64,000 nucleotides of DNA. It comes from Eubacteriales bacterium (lineage in GTDB: Bacteria; Bacillota; Clostridia; Oscillospirales; CAG-272). Below are positions 6,891 to 15,919 of this stretch, piece by piece. The notes under the pieces were generated by a model. It ran no database searches. It saw only the letters and a program-made list of their open reading frames with translations, and was not told the DNA's origin. The stretch covers positions 2,868 through 66,867 of the forward strand of contig JAZQDD010000038.1 in assembly GCA_045546615.1 (NCBI GenBank). Reading direction: 5' to 3'. The position numbers and the translations under genes are program-made. Every line of letters begins with the position of its first letter. Positions within the stretch are counted from its first letter, which is position 1.

Positions 6891-8966
6891 ATGAATACTA
6901 AAAAATTCAAGGCATTCGGAGCCTCTTCGCTGTTTTTTATCGTTCTAATATTTTCGCTTGCCATACTGCTTATAGGATGCGGTCCATCAAGCAACCAAAT
7001 GACTTCTCCGGCCGTGACTACTATGCACGCTCACGAGTTCGGAGAATGGAGCGTTATAGCGGGATCCACATGCACGGAGCAAGGCTATCAACAGCGCACC
7101 TGCGCGTGCGGTGAAACGCAAAAGGAGCTTCTCCCGCTCGCGGAGCATAGCCCCGAAAAAGTGAAAGCTATCGCCCCCACCTGTACCAAAGTGGGTTATA
7201 CCGAGGGAGAAATATGCTCGGTTTGTGATGCGGTATTAATCGAAGTACAAGAGGTGGCAGCCCTTGGTCACACAGAATTAGAGGTGGAAGCTATCGCGCC
7301 CACCTGTACCAAAGTGGGTTATACCAAGGGAGAAATATGCTCGGTTTGTGATGCGGTATTAATCGAAGTACAAGAGGTGGCAGCCCTTGGTCACACAGAA
7401 TTAGAGGTGGAAGCTATCGCGCCCACCTGTACCAAAGTGGGTTATACCGAGGGAAAAATATGCTCGGTTTGTGACGCGGTATTAATCGAAGTACAAGAGG
7501 TGGCAGCCCTTGGTCACACAGAATTAGAGGTGGAAGGGAAAGCCCCCACCTGCCTTGAAAACGGATATGGCGAAAGCTGTGTTTGTTCCGTTTGCAACGA
7601 AGTAATAAAAAAAGCCGAGATCGTAGAAAAGCTCGGGCACGATACTGTTGTGAAAAGCGGCAAAGAGCCTACGTGTACAAAGGACGGAAAAACCGATAGT
7701 TCCTATTGCTCACGCTGTAATGCGGTTATTACCGAAGCGCAGATCATCCCCGCAACGGGACACACGGAAAAAACCGCAAAAGGACTTGCGCCTACCTGCA
7801 CGGCAGAGGGATATACGGAAAGCGTCGAGTGTACCGTCTGCGGAATTATCATAATCCGCTCCGAGAGTATTGAACCGCTTGATCATTCGCCCATTACCGT
7901 TGCCGCCGTTCAGTCAACCTGCATCACCATGGGGATGTCGGAGCACACAAAATGCTCTCGTTGCGGTGATATTCTATCAGAATACACGACGTTCCCGCTC
8001 AAGGAACACATACCAACGAAAGCTCCTTCGGCAAATGCGACCTGCACTCTGCGAGGATATTCCGAAAGCACACAATGCTCGGAATGCCGCACCACACTGA
8101 TAGCACCAACATATTTTCCGGCTTTAGGTCACGATTTTTCGGACAATGTTTGCACACGATGCGGCGGTATCTCCGAGCCATCGATAAATATCTCCGCGCC
8201 ATATTACGGACTCTATGAGGCGGACACTCTCAAAATGATCTGCGAAAAAAATGCCGATTGCCGCGTAGAGCCTGCCAGCATCACCAAACTCCTTACCGCC
8301 GCAACCGCGCTTAAATATCTTCCGGAGGATACGATACTCACCACGGGAGATGAGCTTTATCTTGTTAGTCTTGAATTGAGCCGAGCATACCTCGAGGTCG
8401 GAAAGCAACTTACCTTGAACGATATGTTGGTAGCCCTCCTGTTACCCTCGGGCAGTGACGCGGCATACACAATAGCCGTAAACGTCGCAAGACAGGTCTC
8501 GGGAAACCCGCAAATGGAAAACGTCGAAGCGCTCAATTATTTTACAGGGCTGATGAACGATTACGCTGAAGAGATCGGTGCTGTATCATCAAACTTTAAA
8601 AACCCCGTAGGACAACCAAACGCTTCGCACTACGTTACACCTCATGACCTTGCTTTGATCGCCTCTCACGTTATCAACACATATCCATCAATAACAAAAA
8701 TAACGTCATCGTACCGACGCACCGTCACGTATACGGACGGAACAAAATCCACGTGGCTTAACAGCAATCTCCTGCTTAATAAGGGCGGAGATTTTTACCA
8801 CCCCGCAGTATTCGGTTTAAAAACGGGAACTGCCGATGATGCCGGACATTGCCTATGCGCCGCATTTGAAAAAAACGGCAAAAAATATATAGCCGTCGTC
8901 ATGGGCTGCAAGACAAATGTGGACAGATACAAGTCCGCACTCAAGCTAATATCGCTGATCAAATAA
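6891..8966 (+). CDS. lipoprotein: about 10 Cys3-His repeat modules fused to a C-terminal D-alanyl-D-alanine carboxypeptidase (peptidase S11)
   Basis: ORF 6786..8966 trimmed to ATG 6891 (RBS GGAG). Signal peptide plus lipobox LLIGC. Repeats follow the pattern GH-x7-9-PTC-x3-G-x5-6-C-x2-C. C-terminal PBP motifs SxxK (ASITKL), SGSD and KTG (LKTGTADD). Confidence 0.85.
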   Translation: MNTKKFKAFGASSLFFIVLIFSLAILLIGCGPSSNQMTSPAVTTMHAHEFGEWSVIAGSTCTEQGYQQRTCACGETQKELLPLAEHSPEKVKAIAPTCTKVGYTEGEICSVCDAVLIEVQEVAALGHTELEVEAIAPTCTKVGYTKGEICSVCDAVLIEVQEVAALGHTELEVEAIAPTCTKVGYTEGKICSVCDAVLIEVQEVAALGHTELEVEGKAPTCLENGYGESCVCSVCNEVIKKAEIVEKLGHDTVVKSGKEPTCTKDGKTDSSYCSRCNAVITEAQIIPATGHTEKTAKGLAPTCTAEGYTESVECTVCGIIIIRSESIEPLDHSPITVAAVQSTCITMGMSEHTKCSRCGDILSEYTTFPLKEHIPTKAPSANATCTLRGYSESTQCSECRTTLIAPTYFPALGHDFSDNVCTRCGGISEPSINISAPYYGLYEADTLKMICEKNADCRVEPASITKLLTAATALKYLPEDTILTTGDELYLVSLELSRAYLEVGKQLTLNDMLVALLLPSGSDAAYTIAVNVARQVSGNPQMENVEALNYFTGLMNDYAEEIGAVSSNFKNPVGQPNASHYVTPHDLALIASHVINTYPSITKITSSYRRTVTYTDGTKSTWLNSNLLLNKGGDFYHPAVFGLKTGTADDAGHCLCAAFEKNGKKYIAVVMGCKTNVDRYKSALKLISLIK
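7167..7535 (+). repeat. three tandem near-identical 123-bp (41-codon) coding repeats
   Basis: Units start at 7167, 7290 and 7413 and encode AIAPTCTKVGYT[E/K]G[E/K]ICSVCDAVLIEVQEVAALGHTELEVE. Only 2-3 nt differ between copies. Confidence 0.95.
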
Positions 8967-8996
8967 AAAAAGGGGCTGCGCGGCAGCCCCTTTTTT
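8965..8996. terminator. bidirectional rho-independent terminator
   Basis: AAAAAAGGGGCTGCGCGGCAGCCCCTTTTTT between convergent genes (8966 and 9002). Confidence 0.9.
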
Positions 8997-9001
8997 GTTT
9001 C

Positions 9002-9532
9002 TTATTTTTCGGGAACTATAAGCCCGTAATTGCCATCCTTTCGGGAATAGACAACACAAGTGTCCTCCGTTACGTCGTCGATAAAAACGAAGAAGGAGTG
9101 ACCGAGGAGATTCATCTGCAAAATCGCTTCCTCCGGTGACATCGGCTTGAACGGGAAGCTCTTGCGACGGATCTCAAAATCACCGTCATCCGTCTCTACA
9201 GGCTCGAGAGGCAGTGCGCCGATATCCTCGAATGCCGATTTTTTAAGACGCTTTTCAAGGCGTGTCTTGTTTTTGCGTATCTGACGATCGATGGTATCTA
9301 TCGCACGGTCGATGGCGGTGCGGAAGGTCTCGTCATCAGTTTCGCAACGAAACAGTGTATTTGCCGCGGAAATGGTGATCTCTATATTCTCTCGATTTCT
9401 CTTGCGGCTGAACGTTACCGTTGCCTTGCCCTCTACGTCGAAATAACGGTCAAGCTTTGAAAGCTTCTTTTCGGCAAGCTCACGCAGATCGTCGCGAACG
9501 CTCATCTGTCTGCCAACAACTGTGATTTTCAT
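9002..9532 (-). CDS. hpf: ribosome hibernation promoting factor (long form)
   Basis: 176 aa; N-terminal S30AE/YfiA domain (MKITVVGRQMSV...DRYF) and C-terminal dimerisation domain (KPMSPEEAILQMNLLGHSFFVF). Confidence 0.93.
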   Translation of the reverse strand: MKITVVGRQMSVRDDLRELAEKKLSKLDRYFDVEGKATVTFSRKRNRENIEITISAANTLFRCETDDETFRTAIDRAIDTIDRQIRKNKTRLEKRLKKSAFEDIGALPLEPVETDDGDFEIRRKSFPFKPMSPEEAILQMNLLGHSFFVFIDDVTEDTCVVYSRKDGNYGLIVPEK

Positions 9533-9758
9533 TTAGGTGTCCTCCTATCATAAACTGTAATACTTTACTATCGTATCACACTTATATTGTAGCACACTTT
9601 TTGTGAAAAATAAATAGGTTTTTTTGATTTTTCTTGATTTTTTTGTGAAGTTTGTGCAATATAACCAAAAAATGGCATCTGTTTTTTCACGCCGTGTTTT
9701 TAATGCAAGAACAAGAGGTTTTCATGCGCTTTATTGAGCCAAAAAACAGCATTTTTGT

Positions 9759-9787
9759 TTGACTTTGGACACTTTGGGTGATATAAT
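9759..9787 (+). promoter_or_regulatory. sigma-A type promoter for ligA
   Basis: TTGACT-17 nt-TATAAT, 30 nt upstream of the ligA ATG. Confidence 0.5.
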
Positions 9788-9808
9788 ATAATTACGTATT
9801 ATATGTGA

Positions 9809-11851
<2,043 letters not shown>

Positions 11852-11893
11852 ATAAAAATTACGCCTATTTGATGCCCTCGCATCAAATAGGCG
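11852..11893 (-). terminator. 13-bp perfect hairpin; U-run only on the minus strand
   Basis: CGCCTATTTGATG-CCCTCG-CATCAAATAGGCG. On the minus strand it is followed by TAATTTTTATTT. It lies about 150 nt downstream of the amidase stop and directly after the ligA stop. Confidence 0.6.
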
Positions 11894-12044
11894 ATTAGAA
11901 ATGCAAAATTTCAAGATCGATCGCAATTAATTAGATGCTAATCTAATCAATTCAAGGGTATTTTATATAGACATCCACTCAATTAGATGGTTATCTACCA
12001 AAAAACACAATTTTGCATCTAACTTATCCAAACGCATTTTTTAC

Positions 12045-12608
12045 TCAAACTCCGGTATATTCCACTATTCCGTTGTATATTCCCCTTGCAAACAGCTCGG
12101 GGCGATCACGCATAAGTGCGGCTTCCTCGGGATTTGATATGAAGCCAAGCTCCACCAACACCGCTGGCATATCGGTCTTTCGCAGTACATAAAGTCCGCT
12201 TCGTACCTTGACTCCTCTGTTACGCAAGCCGGTTGCCTCGTTAAGACCTTCAAGTATATCTGCGGCGAGGCTTGCAGAACGCGACGGCGACGAATACACA
12301 AGTGCCTCGCTACCGTTAGCGGCGGGGGACGTAGAGGCGTTGGTGTGTAGACTTATGAAATAATCCGCCCCCCATGAATTTGCCTCATTCACCCTTATAC
12401 GCAAACTTGACGATGTACTGTTTCCAAGCTGTGTATCCGGTGTCGGGCGTGATAATCTGACTTCAAAATTACCGTTTGCGCGCAGATCCTCCGCAAGTTC
12501 TCTTCCTATTTCATACACGAGATTCTGCTCGCGCAGACCGTTTCCCTCCGCGCCTGCGTTGGGATTCACGGGGTTATGTCCCTGATCGATATATACCCTT
12601 ATTGCCAT
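12045..12608 (-). CDS. N-acetylmuramoyl-L-alanine amidase (Amidase_3, CwlD-like)
   Basis: 187 aa; IDQGHNP...AEG, ISLHTNA, LVELGFISN motifs of the Amidase_3 zinc amidases. No obvious signal peptide. Confidence 0.85.
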   Translation of the reverse strand: MAIRVYIDQGHNPVNPNAGAEGNGLREQNLVYEIGRELAEDLRANGNFEVRLSRPTPDTQLGNSTSSSLRIRVNEANSWGADYFISLHTNASTSPAANGSEALVYSSPSRSASLAADILEGLNEATGLRNRGVKVRSGLYVLRKTDMPAVLVELGFISNPEEAALMRDRPELFARGIYNGIVEYTGV

Positions 12609-12670
12609 ATCACAAAACCTTTCTTTTATTTCATTATTATTTTATTCAAGTAAGTCAAAAGGAGTGCAAA

Positions 12671-13528
12671 ATGGAAAAAAATAAAGTTGAGGGAGGCAGG
12701 CTGTATCTCGTAGCCACCCCCATAGGAAATCTCTCTGACATATCCGAACGTGCTATAAAGGTGCTATCAGAGGTGGATTTCATCGCTGCCGAGGATACCC
12801 GAAATTCAGGAATTTTTCTCTCGCGTCTCGGCATTCATCGCCCACTTATTTCCTACCACGAGCACAACAAGGCATCGCGCGGAGCGGAGATAGCCGACCG
12901 CCTTGCCGCAGGAGAATCCTGCGCCCTTATCAGCGATGCGGGTACTCCCGCCATATCCGATCCCGGAGAGGATCTTGTACGCCTGTGCGCCGAGCGCGAC
13001 ATCCCCATCTCCTCAATTCCCGGTGCTTGCGCCGCTATAACCGCTCTCACCCTCTCTGCCCTTTCTACGCGCAGATTTTGCTTTGAAGGCTTTCTTCCCA
13101 CCTCCCCCAAAGAGCGCCGCGAAAGACTTGGCGCCATAGCATCCGAGGAGCGCACGCAGATAATATATGAAGCTCCTCACAAACTGCGCAAGACTCTTGA
13201 CGACCTCCTCGCCGCATGCGGCAAAGAACGTCACTTGTCCCTTTGCCGTGAACTTACCAAGCTCAACGAAGAAGCTTTGCGTATGACGGTTTTTGAGGCT
13301 GTGGAATATTATAAAGAAAAAGAGCCGCGCGGCGAATACGTACTCGTGCTTGAAGGCGCGGAGAAAAAAAGCAATTGTGCCACTTCTCAAATGAGTATAA
13401 CCGAGCATCTCGAATACTATATTTCCGAGGGACTTGCTATGAAAGATGCAATAAAAACCGTTGCAAAAGAGCGCGGTCTGCCCAAAAACGAGGTATATAT
13501 CGAAGCTATTAAAATGAAATCCGAATAA
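12671..13528 (+). CDS. rsmI: 16S rRNA (cytidine(1402)-2'-O)-methyltransferase
   Basis: ORF 12476..13528 trimmed to ATG 12671, since the extension overlaps the divergent amidase. GRLYLVATPIGNLSDIS and ISDAGTPAISDPG motifs. Confidence 0.92.
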   Translation: MEKNKVEGGRLYLVATPIGNLSDISERAIKVLSEVDFIAAEDTRNSGIFLSRLGIHRPLISYHEHNKASRGAEIADRLAAGESCALISDAGTPAISDPGEDLVRLCAERDIPISSIPGACAAITALTLSALSTRRFCFEGFLPTSPKERRERLGAIASEERTQIIYEAPHKLRKTLDDLLAACGKERHLSLCRELTKLNEEALRMTVFEAVEYYKEKEPRGEYVLVLEGAEKKSNCATSQMSITEHLEYYISEGLAMKDAIKTVAKERGLPKNEVYIEAIKMKSE

Positions 13529-13573
13529 ATCCTGTAAAAAACACAAATATCCTGTGAAAAATGCAAATATATA

Positions 13574-13602
13574 TTGCTTTTTTGCGCATTTTGTGATATT
13601 AT
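13574..13602 (+). promoter_or_regulatory. sigma-A type promoter for asd
   Basis: TTGCTT-17 nt-TATTAT, about 35 nt upstream of ATG 13637. Confidence 0.4.
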
Positions 13603-13636
13603 ATACTTATCTATTTGAAAGTTGAGGTTTAGAACC

Positions 13637-14713
13637 ATGAACAAGAAGAAATGTTGTGTCGTCGGCGCTACCGGTATGGTAGGTCAGCGTTTTCTGACAC
13701 TGCTTGATAACCACCCCTATTTTGAAGTTTCCTGCCTTGCGGCATCCGCTCGCTCTGCCGGTAAGACCTACGCAGAGGCTGTTGGCGCACGCTGGAAGCT
13801 GGATATTCCCATGCCCGAGAAGTTCGCTTCCATGGTCGTTCTTGACGCTTCTGACGCCAAGAAGATAGCGGAGCTTTGCGACTTCGTTCTTTGCGCAGTT
13901 GATATGCCCAAGGCTGACGTGGTTGCTATGGAGGAGGCTTTCGCAAAGTGCGAGCTTCCCGTTGTTTCCAACAACAGTGCAAACCGTTGGACTCCCGACG
14001 TTCCCATGGTAGTCCCCGAGATAAACCCCTCGCACTTTGAGGTTATCGCATCACAAAAGAAGCGCCTTGGCACTTCCCGCGGATTTATCGCCGTAAAGCC
14101 CAACTGCTCCATTCAGTCATACGTTCCCATGCTCACCCCTCTGCGTGAGTTTGGCATCAAGCAGGTAGTAGCTACCACCTATCAGGCTATTTCCGGCGCA
14201 GGCAAGACCTTCAACGAATGGCCCGAAATGATCGACAACGTCATCCCCTACATCGGCGGCGAGGAAGAAAAGAGCGAGCAGGAGCCTCTGCGCGTTTGGG
14301 GCAAGGTAGAAAACGGCGTTATCGTTAAGGCTGACGCTCCCCTTATCACAACTCAATGCATCCGTGTTCCCGTTACCAACGGTCACACTGCCGCTGTATT
14401 TATGAGCTTTGAGAAGACCCCCTCCAAGGAAGAGATTCTCCAGCGTTGGGCTGAATTCAAGGGACTCCCTCAAGAGCTTGAGCTTCCCTCTGCTCCCAAG
14501 CAGTTCATTACCTACTTTGAGGAAGACAACCGTCCCCAGTGCCGCGTAGACCGCGAGATCTACGGCGGTATGGGTATCACCGCAGGCAGACTGCGCCCCG
14601 ACACCCTCTTTGATTATAAGTTCGTGGGACTTTCTCACAATACCCTTCGCGGTGCGGCAGGCGGCTCCGTGCTTAACGCAGAGCTTCTCTACCGTCTCGG
14701 ATACTTTGACTGA
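13637..14713 (+). CDS. asd: aspartate-semialdehyde dehydrogenase (archaeal/fungal-type branch)
   Basis: 358 aa from ATG 13637; VVGATGMVGQRF NAD(P) motif, active-site KPNCSIQ Cys, RVPVTNGHT His. Confidence 0.88.
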   Translation: MNKKKCCVVGATGMVGQRFLTLLDNHPYFEVSCLAASARSAGKTYAEAVGARWKLDIPMPEKFASMVVLDASDAKKIAELCDFVLCAVDMPKADVVAMEEAFAKCELPVVSNNSANRWTPDVPMVVPEINPSHFEVIASQKKRLGTSRGFIAVKPNCSIQSYVPMLTPLREFGIKQVVATTYQAISGAGKTFNEWPEMIDNVIPYIGGEEEKSEQEPLRVWGKVENGVIVKADAPLITTQCIRVPVTNGHTAAVFMSFEKTPSKEEILQRWAEFKGLPQELELPSAPKQFITYFEEDNRPQCRVDREIYGGMGITAGRLRPDTLFDYKFVGLSHNTLRGAAGGSVLNAELLYRLGYFD

Positions 14714-14733
14714 TATCATTCAGGCAAGTTAAA

Positions 14734-15549
14734 ATGGATGTAAAAAGAAATAAAAAAAGAATTCTTATTATAACCTTTTCTCCGGGTGGGGGCTGTGCAA
14801 ACCTCGCAGATGCAGCAACCATTCTCTACCGCCGTGTGGGATATGCCGCAGACGTGCTTGACATCACCGACCCCGCCAACAGAGAAGCTGCAACCACTCT
14901 TGAACTGCACGCAGATCTTTTGCTTGCTATTTTACCCGTATATGCTTTTCATCTCCCCCGCCCCGTAGTTGACTTTTTCACTTCGGCACAGCTTTTTGCT
15001 CCACGCTCCGCTTTGATTCTCGGCTACGGTTCATGCGGTGTTGGTGCGGCGGCATCCGAAGCGGCTGAACTGTTTGACGTATGCGACACCCCGCTTTTCC
15101 GCATTATGACATGCCCGCTTGAGCATTCTCTCGCTCAATATGCGCATATCAGACAAAAGCTTCCTGACAGCCTTGACACGATTGGAGAATTTTTGATCAC
15201 CGCCGCGCGCGATCCCGTTGGCGAAATACCGCCCGCGCCTATAATGGCCGGGTTGTCAAAGATCATTCCGTCAAGGGCTATAATGAACATGGCTATTTCC
15301 GCGCCCGCATTCAATGCCTCAAAGTGTAGCTATTGCAATACCTGCTACGAGGTCTGTCCGATGGGAGCGATCTCCTCGGGAAGTCCTGCCGTGGATAAGA
15401 GCCGTTGTATTCGTTGCAGTGCTTGCGTCAAATACTGCCCCGAAGGTGCTCGCACTATGAAAGCATCTCCCCTACTCGCAAAGTATCTTGATAAAAAATT
15501 CGCCTCGCCTAAAGTTCCTCAGGAAATTAAACGGAAGGTGAGAAAATAA
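14734..15549 (+). CDS. flavodoxin-like / 2x[4Fe-4S] ferredoxin fusion (EFR1-family-like)
   Basis: 271 aa; C-terminal CSYCNTCYEVCP and CIRCSACVKYCP dicluster motifs; N-terminal flavodoxin-like fold. Confidence 0.7.
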   Translation: MDVKRNKKRILIITFSPGGGCANLADAATILYRRVGYAADVLDITDPANREAATTLELHADLLLAILPVYAFHLPRPVVDFFTSAQLFAPRSALILGYGSCGVGAAASEAAELFDVCDTPLFRIMTCPLEHSLAQYAHIRQKLPDSLDTIGEFLITAARDPVGEIPPAPIMAGLSKIIPSRAIMNMAISAPAFNASKCSYCNTCYEVCPMGAISSGSPAVDKSRCIRCSACVKYCPEGARTMKASPLLAKYLDKKFASPKVPQEIKRKVRK

Positions 15550-15590
15550 AAATAAGCGTTGTGTCGCGGCACAACGCTTATTTTTATTTT
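15550..15590. terminator. bidirectional rho-independent terminator
   Basis: TAAGCGTTGTG-TCGCGG-CACAACGCTTA flanked by A-rich and T-rich runs, between convergent genes. Confidence 0.85.
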
Positions 15591-15919
15591 CTGTAATAAA
15601 CGTAGAAAGCAATGACGGTGCGAACCTCGCCGCCGTGTTCAATGTCGGGCCCTGTAAGCACAACTCCATCCTTTGATAGCAATTCCCACGCTTCAAGCTC
15701 TTCGGCTTTACAGCGAAAAACGGTGTCAGAGGAAGAAAAAACGATGAATTCGCCATTGTGCAGGCTCATGCAACCGCCCTTGCCGATCACCTCTTCAACA
15801 TCGTTGCGGCGTTCTGTAACGTACTTTATAGCTTGTCCCGAAATACGCTCCGCCATTTCAAGGCGGTATTTTTTGTTTGATGGGTCTTTTTTCTTTTTAA
15901 AGATATCTAAAATTCCCAT
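15584..15919 (-). CDS. hypothetical 111-aa protein, last gene of the glycogen operon
   Basis: ORF 15584..15946 trimmed to ATG 15919 (MGILDIFKKKK). Its ATG overlaps the GH13 stop as TAATG, indicating translational coupling. I recognise no family. Confidence 0.55.
   Translation of the reverse strand: MGILDIFKKKKDPSNKKYRLEMAERISGQAIKYVTERRNDVEEVIGKGGCMSLHNGEFIVFSSSDTVFRCKAEELEAWELLSKDGVVLTGPDIEHGGEVRTVIAFYVYYRK

Noticed and set aside
7167-7535. Regular 123-bp repeats considered as a possible CRISPR or minisatellite.
   Set aside because: The units are directly adjacent with no spacers, are in frame, and encode a conserved protein module inside a long ORF. This is a coding tandem repeat, not CRISPR.
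12476-12670. Upstream extensions of ORFs in the track: rsmI 12476, lipoprotein 6786, lnt 29702, sigA 37247, hflX 41009, rpmE 41321, rplS 41888, rpmB 32790, SBP 35785, glgD 22995.
   Set aside because: The extensions overlap neighbouring genes or promoters, lack RBSs and add non-homologous residues. Internal starts with good RBSs reproduce canonical N-termini.
13529-13636. Looked for a lysine riboswitch or T-box upstream of asd. Also looked for a PyrR attenuator upstream of upp (31193-31300) and a cre site upstream of glgB (26152-26343).
   Set aside because: The leaders are too short (about 35-60 nt) and lack the conserved cores. I found only sigma-A-like promoters.
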